Assembly: GCA_035633135.1 (NCBI GenBank)
Contig: DASQFM010000189.1
Location: 1 to 38,050, forward strand
Direction of reading: 5' to 3'
Source of the DNA: Candidatus Eiseniibacteriota bacterium
GTDB lineage: Bacteria > Chloroflexota > Limnocylindria > Limnocylindrales > CSP1-4
Length of the DNA: 38,050 nt
Below are positions 1 to 9,289 of this stretch, piece after piece; positions within the stretch are counted from its first letter, which is position 1; every line of letters starts with the position of its first letter. A model generated the notes under the pieces. It had not been told where the DNA came from. It did not search any database and was given only the letters and a program-made list of their open reading frames with translations. Made by a program: the position numbers and the translations under genes.

Positions 1-1155
1 TTCCCCGCGTCGTTGCTGGCGACGGGGATCGCCGCCGTGGTCGCCCTCCCGATCCGCGACGTCCTGCAGCGCGGCGTGAACCGCGTCATGTACGGCGACC
101 GGGACGACCCGTACCGCGCTCTCGCGCGGCTGGGGCAGCGGCTGGAAGGGACCCTCGACCCAATAGAGGCGCCCAACGTGATCGTTCGGACCGTTGCCGA
201 GTCGCTCCGCCTGCCCTGGGCGGCGTTGCGGCTCGGTCCGCCCGGCGCGGCAGTGCGGATGATCGAGCATGGCGTCCGACCGCCATGGGAGCCGATCTCC
301 GTCCCGCTGATGTCCGGCGCCGAGGTAGTGGGCGATCTGCTCGTCGCGCCGCGCTCCGCGGCCGAGCCATTGTCGGCGGCCGATACAACGCTGCTCGAGG
401 CCCTCGCGCGACAGGCCGGCGCAGCCGTCCATGCGCTGCGCCTGACGCTGGACCTGATCGCCTCGCGCGAGCGGCTCGTCGCAGCCCGCGAGGAGGAACG
501 GCGCCGGATCCGGCGGGACCTCCACGACGGCCTCGGGCCGACGCTCGCCGCGATCGGCATGCGTGCCGAGGTGGCAGCGGACCTGGTGAATACCGACCCA
601 GCAGCCGCCCAGCGCCTCCTCGGAGAGCTGCGTGGCGAGGTCCACGGCGCGGTCGGCGATGTCCGGCGGCTCGTCGACGCCCTCCGCCCGCCGGCTCTCG
701 ACGAGCTCGGCCTCGTCGGCGCGCTCGAGGCGCAAGCCGGCCGCCTCGGGCCGCCGCCCGTCGTCGACGTCGCCGCTCCGGGCCCCCTGCCGGAACTCCC
801 TGCCGCCGTGGAGGTCGCGGCCTACCGCATCGCCGTGGAGGCGATGACGAACGCGGCGCGGCACGCCGGCGCCCAACGGTGCCGTGTCCAGCTCACCGAG
901 GCAACGGCCCGGGAAGCGGGAATCGGCGGCCGCGACGCGGTGAGTGGCGGACGGGACCACGCCCTGGAGGTCGAGGTCACGGACGACGGCGTCGGGCTTG
1001 TAGCGGGCGCTCGCCCGGGGATCGGACTGGAGTCCATGCGGGAGCGGGCTGCCGAGGTCGGCGGCACCTGCGTCATCGAATCGATCCTCGGTGGCGGGAC
1101 CCGCGTCTTCGCCCGCCTGCCGCTGGACGGCGCCGTCGCCGGCCAGCCGGCGTGA
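1..1155 (+). CDS. Sensor histidine kinase, NarL/DesK-type (GAF-like N-part, HisKA_3, HATPase_c); 5' end cut by window edge
   Basis: The frame is open from nt 1. H-box 'RRRIRRDLHDGLGPTLAAI', N-box 'AYRIAVEAMTNAARHA', and G-box region 'DDGVG...GIGLESMRERAAEVGG' are present. Stop TGA 1153-1155 overlaps the next gene's ATG. Confidence 0.85.
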   Translation, partial: FPASLLATGIAAVVALPIRDVLQRGVNRVMYGDRDDPYRALARLGQRLEGTLDPIEAPNVIVRTVAESLRLPWAALRLGPPGAAVRMIEHGVRPPWEPISVPLMSGAEVVGDLLVAPRSAAEPLSAADTTLLEALARQAGAAVHALRLTLDLIASRERLVAAREEERRRIRRDLHDGLGPTLAAIGMRAEVAADLVNTDPAAAQRLLGELRGEVHGAVGDVRRLVDALRPPALDELGLVGALEAQAGRLGPPPVVDVAAPGPLPELPAAVEVAAYRIAVEAMTNAARHAGAQRCRVQLTEATAREAGIGGRDAVSGGRDHALEVEVTDDGVGLVAGARPGIGLESMRERAAEVGGTCVIESILGGGTRVFARLPLDGAVAGQPA

Positions 1156-1868
1156 TGGATCCCGTGGCAATGGACGGTCACGTCGGGGCCGAGCCGGTTC
1201 GGATCCTCCTGGCCGACGACCATCCGGCGTTCCTCGCCGGCCTCGAGGCCCTGCTCGCCACCGTCGGCGGCGTCGTCGCCATCGGTCGCGCCAGGAGCGG
1301 CGAGGAGGCTGTTGCCGCGGCGGCCGAGCTGCAGCCCGATGTCGTCGTGATGGACCTGAACCTGCCCGGCATCGACGGCATCGAGGCGACGCGTCGCATC
1401 GTCGCGACAAGCCCGCACATCGCGGTCCTCGTCCTGTCGATGTACGAGGACGACGACCAGGTCTTCGGCGCGCTGAAGGCCGGCGCGCGCGGCTACCTGC
1501 TCAAGGGCGCCGATCGTGGCGAGCTCGTTCGGGCCATCCGTGGCGTCGCATCCGGCGAGGCCATCTTCGGCCCGGCCATCGCGCGCCGGCTCGTCGCCTT
1601 CTTTGCGGCCCGGCCGGCGGTCGAAGCCTCGGCCTTCCCGGAGCTCACGGACCGCGAGCGGGAGATCCTCGACCTCATCGCGAGGGGCTTGAACAACGCC
1701 ACGATCACCGAGCGGCTCGTCCTCTCGCCAAAGACGGTGCGGAACCACGTCTCGAACATCTTCAGCAAGCTCCAGGTCGCCGATCGGGCCCAGGCCATCG
1801 TTCGCGCGCGCGAGGCCGGCCTCGGCGGAGAGCGGCGTCGGGAGCCGGACCGGTGCAGGCAGCCCTAG
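1155..1868 (+). CDS. Response regulator, NarL/LuxR family (REC + LuxR-type HTH)
   Basis: REC motifs 'VRILLADDHP', 'DVVVMDLNLPGIDG' and 'GARGYLLKG' are present. The LuxR HTH reads 'LTDREREILDLIARGLNNATITERLVLSPKTVRNHVSNIFSKL'. The ATG at 1155 overlaps the kinase stop codon (GTGATG). Confidence 0.9.
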   Translation: MDPVAMDGHVGAEPVRILLADDHPAFLAGLEALLATVGGVVAIGRARSGEEAVAAAAELQPDVVVMDLNLPGIDGIEATRRIVATSPHIAVLVLSMYEDDDQVFGALKAGARGYLLKGADRGELVRAIRGVASGEAIFGPAIARRLVAFFAARPAVEASAFPELTDREREILDLIARGLNNATITERLVLSPKTVRNHVSNIFSKLQVADRAQAIVRAREAGLGGERRREPDRCRQP

Positions 1869-2002
1869 TGGCCCAGAATGGCTTCGCGCCGGCCGAAGAG
1901 GTCGGGACCGAATCGGGACGCCGGCCTCAAGACGGCGGGACAGCGGCGCGGTAAACATCCACGGACAAGCCCGCGTCGGGCTCACAGGGAGGGGCGACAA
2001 AC

Positions 2003-2803
2003 ATGGGACGTACCTTCGCGATGCGCGTCTTCGGCTGGACCTATTGGGCCCTTGCCGCGACGGTCGCGTATGTGCTCGTTTCGATCATCCTGCCAGCGGC
2101 AAGCGAGAGCCCGGAAGCCGCCGCATTCATCCCGCTGTTCGTGATCTTCCTCGCCGTCTACGTCGTCGGCGCGGCCGCGGCGTCGTTCCTGAAGAGCGCC
2201 CCGAATCGGCCCTGGCTGTGGCTCGTCCTGCTCGTGCCGCCAATCCTCTTCCTGCTGCTGAACGCGCCATTCCTGCCATACCCGCTCACCCATCCGGCCG
2301 ACATCGGGTTCTCGGCCGTATTCCCGCTCACGGTCCTGACAATCGTCCTCATCGTGCTCGGGGTCACGGCCTTCCGGGAGGCGCGGAATCCGGCGATGGG
2401 CTCGCGGAGCGGGCCGCGGGCTGGCCTCGCGGTCGCCCTGGTCGCGGGCCTGACCATCGGGGCCACCGCAACCGGCTACCTGGCAGCCACATCCGCCGGC
2501 GGCGGAGGGGGAACCCTGGCGGAGACCCCCACGACGACGGCGAGCCTCATCGCGGAGAACACGAAGTTCGCGCCGACGACGTACACGATGGGCGCCTCGG
2601 ACGTCCTCGGCCTGTTTGTCGAGAACAAGGACTCGTTCGGCCACTCGTTCGACATTGACTCGCTCAACATCCACATCCAGATTCCTGGCAACTCCACCGT
2701 CGCCCTCGCGATCAAGCCGACAGCGGCCGGGACGCTCGAGTTCTACTGCGCCATTCCCGGCCACAAGGAGGCTGGGATGGACGGCACGATCTCGGTTCAG
2801 TAA
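2003..2803 (+). CDS. Polytopic membrane protein with C-terminal type-1 copper (cupredoxin) domain
   Basis: There are about 5 hydrophobic helices, then a Gly/Thr linker. An azurin-like ligand set follows: 'FGHSFD' plus 'FYCAIPGHKEAGM' (His, Cys-x4-His-x4-Met). SD 'GGGAGGGG' lies 9 nt upstream of the ATG. Confidence 0.75.
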   Translation: MGRTFAMRVFGWTYWALAATVAYVLVSIILPAASESPEAAAFIPLFVIFLAVYVVGAAAASFLKSAPNRPWLWLVLLVPPILFLLLNAPFLPYPLTHPADIGFSAVFPLTVLTIVLIVLGVTAFREARNPAMGSRSGPRAGLAVALVAGLTIGATATGYLAATSAGGGGGTLAETPTTTASLIAENTKFAPTTYTMGASDVLGLFVENKDSFGHSFDIDSLNIHIQIPGNSTVALAIKPTAAGTLEFYCAIPGHKEAGMDGTISVQ

Positions 2804-2814
2804 GAGGACATCCG

Positions 2815-3228
2815 ATGCGATCGATTGCGCGACGGCTGTACCTCGTCGCCGCCTGGCTGTTCGTCGCGAGCATCGTCTTCCAGGTCTTCCTGGCCGGCGC
2901 CGCGATCTCGAATCTCGGCGGGTCAGGGAACTTCAGCACCCACGCCGAGTTCGGTTACACCGTCGTGGGGCTCATCGCCCTCGCCGTCCTGCTCACCGCG
3001 GTGCTCAGCGGACTGCCACGCCGCGAGATCGGGATCGCCTTCGGCCTGCTCGTCCTGTACATCGTCCAGACGATCCTGCCGAGCTTCAGGGACTCGACGA
3101 GCTGGATCGCGGCGCTCCACCTGGTGAACGCGCTCGTGCTGTTCGCCGCCGCGATCTGGGTCGCCTGGCGAGCGCGGCGCTGGCTCGGCGAATGGAACAG
3201 CCCTACTGCCCCGCCCGCGAGCACCTAG
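2815..3228 (+). CDS. Small integral membrane protein (about 4 TM), unknown function
   Basis: SD 'AGAGGA' lies upstream of the ATG. Four hydrophobic segments and GC-rich third positions are present. I recognised no catalytic motif. Confidence 0.6.
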   Translation: MRSIARRLYLVAAWLFVASIVFQVFLAGAAISNLGGSGNFSTHAEFGYTVVGLIALAVLLTAVLSGLPRREIGIAFGLLVLYIVQTILPSFRDSTSWIAALHLVNALVLFAAAIWVAWRARRWLGEWNSPTAPPAST

Positions 3229-3239
3229 AGGAGAAGGGG

Positions 3240-3743
3240 ATGGACCTCACGCCCTACATCGGCTGGATCCTGTTCCTCCACGTTGGCGGGGCGTTCGTCT
3301 TCGCGGCGGGCCACGGCGTCTCGATCTTCATGGCCTTCCAGGTCCGTCGCGAGCGCGATCCGGCGCGCATCGGGGCGCTCCTGGACATCTCGGCGGCCTC
3401 ACTCATAGCGGCGACCGTCGGGCTGCTCGTGCTGCTCGTCGCGGGGATCGTCGCCGGCATCATCCTCGGCTCCTTCGGGCGCGCCTGGATCTGGGTGTCG
3501 CTCGTGCTCCTCGTCGTCATCGGCGGCGTGATGACGCCCGTCGGCGGCACCTACTTCGCCAACGTCCGGCGGGCGATCGGCCAGCGGACCCGCGATCTCA
3601 AGCCGGATCAGCCCGACCCGGTCCCGCTCCCGGCGGCCGAGCTCGCGGCGCTGCTCGACACGCGTCGCCCGGAGCTGCTGCTGCTCATCGGCGGCGGCGG
3701 GTTCCTGGTAATCCTGTGGCTGATGATGTTCCGCCCGTTCTGA
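3240..3743 (+). CDS. Integral membrane protein (about 4 TM, DUF2269-like by eye), unknown function
   Basis: SD 'GAGGAGAAGGGG' lies directly upstream of the ATG at 3240. Hydrophobic helices include 'GWILFLHVGGAFVFAAGHGVSIF'. The upstream part of ORF 2616..3743 overlaps the previous genes and looks non-coding. Confidence 0.6.
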   Translation: MDLTPYIGWILFLHVGGAFVFAAGHGVSIFMAFQVRRERDPARIGALLDISAASLIAATVGLLVLLVAGIVAGIILGSFGRAWIWVSLVLLVVIGGVMTPVGGTYFANVRRAIGQRTRDLKPDQPDPVPLPAAELAALLDTRRPELLLLIGGGGFLVILWLMMFRPF

Positions 3744-4774
3744 GGTTGACGTCCGCAACGCCACCGATCGTCGAGGTCAACGACCTCGTCAAGATCTATC
3801 CGGCGACGCGCGGTGGCGCCCCGGTGCGGGCGGTCGACGGCGTGACGTTCCGGGTCGCGGCCGGAGAGTTCTTCGGCTTCCTCGGCCCAAACGGCGCCGG
3901 CAAGACGACCACGATTCGAATCCTGGCGACACTGACCCGGCCAACTTCGGGACGGGCGACGGTCGCTGGGATCGACGTCCTCGCCGATCCCTCGGAGGTC
4001 CGGCGCCGTATCGGGCTGGCGATGCAGACCGTCGCGCTCGAGAACATGCTCACCGGCCGCGAGAACCTGGAGCTCATCGGCCGGCTTCATCGGGTGCCCG
4101 CGGCTGAGCTCCGCCGGCGCGTCGACGAGCTGCTGGAGCTGATGAACCTCACCGCGGCGTCGAACCGGCTTGCGGGCACGTACTCGGGCGGGATGCGTCG
4201 CCGCCTCGACCTTGCGACCGCCCTGGTTCATCGCCCGACCGTGCTGTTCCTCGACGAGCCCACGGAGGGCCTCGATCCCCAGAGCCGCAGCGCGCTATGG
4301 GAGGAGCTGACCCGCATCAACCGGCACGGCACGACGATGTTCCTGACCACGCACTACATGGAAGAGGCCGACCGGCTGTGCGATCGCCTCGCCATCGTGG
4401 ACGGCGGCAGGATCGCCGTCGAAGGCACGCCGGTCGAGCTCAAGCGCTCGATCGGGGCAGACTCGGTCGAGATCGCACTCGCCCACGGCGACGGCACCGA
4501 GACCCTCGCCGGCGTCCAGGCGAGCGCCCTGGCGCGGCTTCGCCCGATCGACGGCGTCATCGGCGTCGAGCTGTCGGCGTCGGGCGTAGAGGTCGCGGTT
4601 GCGAGCGCGCAGGCGGCCGTTCCGGCGCTCCTCCGGGGCCTCGACGCGGATGGGATCCGGGTGGCCGGCTTGACCATGCGGGAGCCATCCCTCGACGACG
4701 TCTTCCTGCGCTACACCGGCCGCCACATCCGGGCCGAGGAAGCCGATCGCCCGCTCGACCTGGGGTGGTGGTGA
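3716..4774 (+). CDS. ABC transporter ATP-binding protein (DrrA/ABC-2 exporter type)
   Basis: Walker A 'GPNGAGKTT', signature 'YSGGMRRRL' and Walker B 'VLFLDEPTEGLD' are present. The start is uncertain: GTG 3716 or TTG 3746. The stop overlaps the permease start. Confidence 0.9.
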   Translation: MADDVPPVLRLTSATPPIVEVNDLVKIYPATRGGAPVRAVDGVTFRVAAGEFFGFLGPNGAGKTTTIRILATLTRPTSGRATVAGIDVLADPSEVRRRIGLAMQTVALENMLTGRENLELIGRLHRVPAAELRRRVDELLELMNLTAASNRLAGTYSGGMRRRLDLATALVHRPTVLFLDEPTEGLDPQSRSALWEELTRINRHGTTMFLTTHYMEEADRLCDRLAIVDGGRIAVEGTPVELKRSIGADSVEIALAHGDGTETLAGVQASALARLRPIDGVIGVELSASGVEVAVASAQAAVPALLRGLDADGIRVAGLTMREPSLDDVFLRYTGRHIRAEEADRPLDLGWW

Positions 4775-5565
4775 TGGCCGCAGCCACCGCCTTCGTCCTC
4801 GAGACGCGGCTCCTCGGCGTCCGCTCGCTGCGTCGCACGTTCCGCGTTCCGGCCAACCTGATCTCGACCATTCTGTTCCCCCTCATCCAGCTCTTCGTCT
4901 TCAGTCAGCTGTTCAAGGACATCGTGTCGCTCCCGGGCTTTGCCGCCAGCGGCAACGGCGACTCCAGCTACCTCGACTACCTGGCCCCAGGTCAGGTCAC
5001 GTTCACCGTCTTCTTCGCCGTCGCCTGGTCCGGCGCGAGCCTCCTGATCGACTGGCGCAACGGCTACCTCGACAAGCTCCGGGCGAGCCCGATCAATCGT
5101 TTCGCCATCCTCGCCGCCGAGCTGATCAACGTGTTCGTGGGGTCGACGTTCATGGGCGCGTCGATCCTGGTGCTGGCGATCCTGCTCGGCGCCCACGTCG
5201 TGACCGGGCCGATTGGCTTCGTGGCGATCGTGTTGCTCGGAGGCGCCTTCGGGGTCGCCTGGGCCGGGACGTCGATGCTGCCGGCTCTGCTGACGAAGAA
5301 CGAGCAGGCGACCGGCACGCTCGCACTGCTGTTCTTCCCGATCGCGTTCATGTCGACCGCCTTTGTGCCGGTGGCGCTCATGCCGGACTGGCTCCAGACG
5401 GTCAACGCCTGGAACCCGATCAGCTACGTGATCGAAGCGATGCGGTCGCTCATGACGGTCGGCTTCGAGGGTGACGTCATCGGCAAGGCCATCGCCGCCA
5501 CGGCAGCGCTCGGAATCGTCCTCCAGGGCGCCACGCTTTGGGCATTCCGGCGCCTGACGTCCTGA
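4774..5565 (+). CDS. ABC-2 type transporter permease
   Basis: The ATG at 4774 overlaps the ATPase stop (GTGATG). There are six hydrophobic segments. The layout is typical of the ABC-2 family and follows a DrrA-like ATPase. Confidence 0.85.
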   Translation: MAAATAFVLETRLLGVRSLRRTFRVPANLISTILFPLIQLFVFSQLFKDIVSLPGFAASGNGDSSYLDYLAPGQVTFTVFFAVAWSGASLLIDWRNGYLDKLRASPINRFAILAAELINVFVGSTFMGASILVLAILLGAHVVTGPIGFVAIVLLGGAFGVAWAGTSMLPALLTKNEQATGTLALLFFPIAFMSTAFVPVALMPDWLQTVNAWNPISYVIEAMRSLMTVGFEGDVIGKAIAATAALGIVLQGATLWAFRRLTS

Positions 5566-5634
5566 GGCGCATCTCGAGACCCTGACGCGAACGTCCGGGG
5601 GTGCGAGACTGTCGGCGCTCGCCCGGAGGTCGGC

Positions 5635-7584
5635 ATGCCCATCGGCCGTTCGCCGTTCCCGCCCATTCGGGACTACGCGTTCCTCTCCGATTGCGAGGTC
5701 ACCGCGCTCGTCGCGCCATCCGGCAACGTCGAGTGGATGTGCCTCCCGCGGCTGGATTCGCCCAGCGTCTTCGGGGCCATCCTCGACAGGGGAGCCGGGG
5801 GGTTCCGCCTGGGCCCGGCCGAGGTCCAGGTCCCTGCGGCGCGGCGGTACCTGCCCGGCACGATGATCCTCGAGACGAGCTGGGGCAACCGGGACGGCTG
5901 GGTCATCGTCCGCGACATGCTCCTGATCGGTCCGTGGCATCACCAGCAGGAGCGCTCGCGGGTCCACCGCCGGGCGCCCACCGACTACGACGCCGAGCAC
6001 GTCCTCCTTCGCATGATCCGCTGCGTGAACGGCGAGATGCAGCTGACGCTCGACTGCGAGCCGGTCTTCGACTACGGGCTCCAGCGCGGCACATGGCGCT
6101 TCTCGGAGGATGGTTACCACCAGCTGGCGTGCACCGCGCCAGAGTCCGATCTGGAGCTGGTCCTGACGAGCGACATCAATCTCGGTTTCGAGGACAGCCG
6201 GGCCGTCGGCCGGACGCTCGTCAAGTCCGGCGAGACTCGCTTCGTCGCCCTGTCGTGGAAGGGCGCGCCACCGCCACGGACCTCCAAGGATGCCTACAAG
6301 CGGCTCGTCTGGACGGCCCACCACTGGCAGCACTGGCTCGGCCGTGGCGAGTTTCCGGATCACCCGTGGAGGTCCCACCTCGAGCGTTCGGCCCTGACCC
6401 TCAAGGGGCTGACGTATGAGCCGACCGGGGCGCTGGTCGCCGCGGCCACGACCTCGCTCCCTGAGACCCCCGGGGGCGAGCGCAACTGGGACTACCGCTA
6501 TTCGTGGATCCGCGACTCCACGTTCGCCCTGTGGGGCCTCGACACCCTCGGGTTCGAGTGGGAGGCGATGGACTATCTCCATTTCATCGCCGACGTGGCC
6601 GACGGCGAGGCGGACCTCCAGATCATGTACGGGATCGACGGCGAGCGAGCCCTCCCGGAGCGGATCCTGGAGCATCTGAGTGGCTACGAAGGGGCTCGAC
6701 CGGTCCGCATCGGCAATGGCGCCTACGACCAGCGCCAGCACGACGTCTGGGGCGCGGTCCTCGACGCGGTCTACCGCCACGCCACCTCGCGCGATCACCT
6801 CGACGAGCGCCTGTGGCCGATCCTGGTCCGCCAGGTCGAGGCGGCCCTGGCCAACTGGCGTCTGCCGGATCGGGGCATCTGGGAGGTGCGAGGGGAGCCG
6901 CAGCATTTCACCTCGTCCAAGCTGATGTGCTGGGTCGCCGCCGACCGCGGGGCGCGGCTGGCCCGGCTCCGGGAGGACGAGGCGCTGGTCGCGCGCTGGC
7001 AGGCCGCCGCCGACGAGATCAAAGAAGACATCCTCGCGAACGCCCTCGACGCCCGCGGCGTCTTCACCCAGCACTATGGCTCGACCGCCCTCGACGCCTC
7101 GATCCTGCTGATGCCGCTGCTGGGCTTCCTGGCGCCCGACGACGATCGAATCCGTCGGACCGTGCTGGCCATCGCCGACGAGCTGACGGTCGACGGCCTG
7201 GTCCTCCGCTACAAGGTCGAGGAGACCGACGACGGCCTGACGGGCGAGGAGGGCGCCTTCACGATCTGCTCGTTCTGGCTGGTCTCCGCCTTCGTCGAGA
7301 TCGGCGAGCTGGAGCGCGCCCGGGCGCTATGCGAGAAGCTGCTCGGGTTCGCCTCGCCGCTCGGGTTGTACGGCGAGGAGATCGATCCCCGGTCCGGCCG
7401 CCACCAGGGCAACTTCCCGCAGGCCTTCACCCATCTGGCACTGATCAACGCGGTGATGCGGATCATCGACGTCGAGGCCTCGGCGGAGGCGCCGGCCGCG
7501 CCAGAGACGGCGCCCGCGCCGGCAGGGTTCAAGCCCGTGTCGGCGAGCCGCTCGGCCCGCCATCAGACGAGGAGAACGCGATGA
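5635..7584 (+). CDS. Glycoside hydrolase family 15 protein (glucoamylase/trehalase-like)
   Basis: SD GGAGG lies 5 nt upstream. The N-terminus 'IRDYAFLSDCEVTALVAPSGNVEWMCLPRLDSPSVFGAILD' and the catalytic-domain motifs 'ERNWDYRYSWIRDSTF' and 'QHDVWG' are characteristic of bacterial GH15. Confidence 0.85.
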   Translation: MPIGRSPFPPIRDYAFLSDCEVTALVAPSGNVEWMCLPRLDSPSVFGAILDRGAGGFRLGPAEVQVPAARRYLPGTMILETSWGNRDGWVIVRDMLLIGPWHHQQERSRVHRRAPTDYDAEHVLLRMIRCVNGEMQLTLDCEPVFDYGLQRGTWRFSEDGYHQLACTAPESDLELVLTSDINLGFEDSRAVGRTLVKSGETRFVALSWKGAPPPRTSKDAYKRLVWTAHHWQHWLGRGEFPDHPWRSHLERSALTLKGLTYEPTGALVAAATTSLPETPGGERNWDYRYSWIRDSTFALWGLDTLGFEWEAMDYLHFIADVADGEADLQIMYGIDGERALPERILEHLSGYEGARPVRIGNGAYDQRQHDVWGAVLDAVYRHATSRDHLDERLWPILVRQVEAALANWRLPDRGIWEVRGEPQHFTSSKLMCWVAADRGARLARLREDEALVARWQAAADEIKEDILANALDARGVFTQHYGSTALDASILLMPLLGFLAPDDDRIRRTVLAIADELTVDGLVLRYKVEETDDGLTGEEGAFTICSFWLVSAFVEIGELERARALCEKLLGFASPLGLYGEEIDPRSGRHQGNFPQAFTHLALINAVMRIIDVEASAEAPAAPETAPAPAGFKPVSASRSARHQTRRTR

Positions 7585-8039
7585 CCGACGGATTCGAGCT
7601 CACGAGCGCCGCCTTCGAGGACGGTGCGCCGATCCCGGCTCGCTACACCTGCGACGGCGACAACGTGTCGCCACCGCTGAGCTGGAACGGCGCGCCCGCG
7701 GAGACGAATGCGGTGGTGATCATCGTCGACGACCCCGACGCTGGCGGGTTCGTGCACTGGATCGCCTACAACCTGGGAGGCTCGGCGAGCGGCAGCCTGC
7801 CGGCGGGCGTGTCCGAGTCGCCCGATGGCCCGGCCCAGGGCACGAACAGCTTCGGCCAGCCCGAATACGGCGGACCCTGCCCGCCGAGCGGGGAGCACCG
7901 CTACGTCTTCCGGCTGCTTGCCCTGGACGACGTCCTGGAGCTGACCGGCGCCCCTTCGGCCGAGGACGTCCTCGCCGCGGCCGATGGCCACATCCTCGCC
8001 GAGGCGAAGCTCACCGGCACCTACCGCCGATCGCGCTGA
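7581..8039 (+). CDS. YbhB/YbcL family Raf-kinase-inhibitor-like (PEBP) protein
   Basis: The ATG overlaps the GH15 stop (ATGA), and SD GAGGAG is present. PEBP motifs 'YTCDGDNVSPPLSW', 'IVDDPDA..FVHW' and 'GGPCPPSGEHRYVFRLLAL' are present. Confidence 0.85.
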   Translation: MTDGFELTSAAFEDGAPIPARYTCDGDNVSPPLSWNGAPAETNAVVIIVDDPDAGGFVHWIAYNLGGSASGSLPAGVSESPDGPAQGTNSFGQPEYGGPCPPSGEHRYVFRLLALDDVLELTGAPSAEDVLAAADGHILAEAKLTGTYRRSR

Positions 8040-8090
8040 TTTGGCGGCAGCGGCGATTCAGACGGCCGTTGGCTCGTAGACTCGCGACCG

Positions 8091-9185
8091 ATGAAGGTCG
8101 CCCACGTTCGCGAGCTCAACGGCCCCGCCGGTGCGCCGTGGCGGCTCGCCGTCGCCCTCGCCTCGCCGCCGCCCGGGGGGACGGCCAGAACCGGCGAAGC
8201 GGCGACCGCCGTCCCGGGCCACTGGCTCGATCTCGAGCCGGCGCGACGGCGGCTCGTCGGGCGCGACCCGGGACGGGCCCACAACGCGATGCTTTTCCGG
8301 CAGCCGATCGGGACCCTCGACGACCAGCTCGCGCGCGGGATCCGGATCGAGGCGCTCGGCGAGCTGCTCGACGCCTTTCAGGCGATCACCGGGCCGGCGG
8401 ACACTGAAGACGATGAGGCGATCCTCGCCGCGGCAGATCTCGCCTTCGGGCCGCCGATCCTGTATCCGCCGGCCTTCCGCGATTTCTACGCCTTCGAGGG
8501 CCACGTCCGGACCATGTGGGAGCGCCGCGGCGGCGAGATCCCGGAGGCGTGGTACCGACTGCCCATCTTCTACTTCTCGAACACGTCCGAGATCCGCGGT
8601 CCCGGCGATCCGGTGTGGGCGCCCCGCGGGAGCAACGAGCTCGACTTCGAGCTCGAAGTCGGCGCCATCGTCGACACCCCCGCCTTCAACCTGGCCGAGG
8701 AGCGCGCCGAGGAGGCGATCGGCGGCTATTTCATCGTGAACGACTGGTCGGCGCGCGATCTGCAGCGTGAGGAGACGGCGGTCCGGCTCGGACCGGCCAA
8801 GGGCAAGGACTTCGCGACTTCGATCGGGCCGTGGATCGTCACGCCGGATGAGCTGGCGGAGGCGAGCAAGTCCGGAACGCTTGCCCCGGATCTGGCGATG
8901 ACGGCGACCGTTGTCGCCGCCGACGGCCGCGCCGTCGAGGTCTCGCGGGGCACGTGGGCCTCGGCCCAGTTCTCGTTCGGGCAGATGCTGGCCCGGGCAT
9001 CGGCGGATGTGCACCTGCGGCCCGGCGAGATCCTGGGCAGTGGCACGGTTGGGACGGGCTGCCTCCTCGAGGTCAAGGGCGAGACCCTGGGTCGCTGGCT
9101 CGAGCCCGGCGACGAGGTCGTGCTGGCGATCGAACGGTTGGGCGAGCTGCGGTCGCCCGTCGTCGAGCGGCCGGCCCGGTCCTGA
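8091..9185 (+). CDS. Fumarylacetoacetate hydrolase (FAH) family protein
   Basis: Motifs 'FYFSNTSEIRGPGDPVW', 'ELDFELEVGAIV', 'GYFIVNDWSARDLQ' and 'GPAKGKDFATSIGPWIVT' match the FAH fold. There is no SD. A TAGACT hexamer lies 8 nt upstream of the ATG. Confidence 0.85.
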   Translation: MKVAHVRELNGPAGAPWRLAVALASPPPGGTARTGEAATAVPGHWLDLEPARRRLVGRDPGRAHNAMLFRQPIGTLDDQLARGIRIEALGELLDAFQAITGPADTEDDEAILAAADLAFGPPILYPPAFRDFYAFEGHVRTMWERRGGEIPEAWYRLPIFYFSNTSEIRGPGDPVWAPRGSNELDFELEVGAIVDTPAFNLAEERAEEAIGGYFIVNDWSARDLQREETAVRLGPAKGKDFATSIGPWIVTPDELAEASKSGTLAPDLAMTATVVAADGRAVEVSRGTWASAQFSFGQMLARASADVHLRPGEILGSGTVGTGCLLEVKGETLGRWLEPGDEVVLAIERLGELRSPVVERPARS

Positions 9186-9232
9186 ATCCGATCGGCTTGT
9201 CCGTCGGGGCTGGCGGGCGACGGTCATGAGAA

Positions 9233-9261
9233 AGCCGCCCCGCCGGAATGGCAGGGCGGCT
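9233..9261. terminator. Hairpin between convergent genes (possible bidirectional terminator)
   Basis: An 8-bp GC stem, AGCCGCCC (9233-9240) / GGGCGGCT (9254-9261), encloses a 13-nt loop. On the minus strand it is followed by TTTCTCAT. It sits between the FAH stop (9185) and the minus-strand gene stop (9290). Confidence 0.4.
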
Positions 9262-9289
9262 ATCTGAGGAAGGGATGTTCAGGGTCGGA

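Noticed and set aside
285-1154. N-terminal 290 aa of ORF 285..1868, which would extend the response regulator.
   Set aside because: It is an out-of-frame read through the histidine kinase gene and is Arg/Pro-rich nonsense. The REC domain starts right after the ATG at 1155, which overlaps the kinase stop.
4711-7074. Very long minus-strand ORF (787 aa). Similar long ORFs lie antisense or out of frame to confident genes: 8058..9227-, 9290..10489- upstream part, 10180..11454-, 18372..19361-, 22728..23378-, 23375..25042-, 25168..26985-, 28809..30722-, 29863..31950-, 32923..34050-, 34769..36241+ and 6504..7580+.
   Set aside because: Their translations are Arg/Pro/Gly/Asp-rich low complexity with no motifs. 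They overlap genes that have clear family signatures. Shadow ORFs like these are expected in very GC-rich DNA because stop codons are rare.
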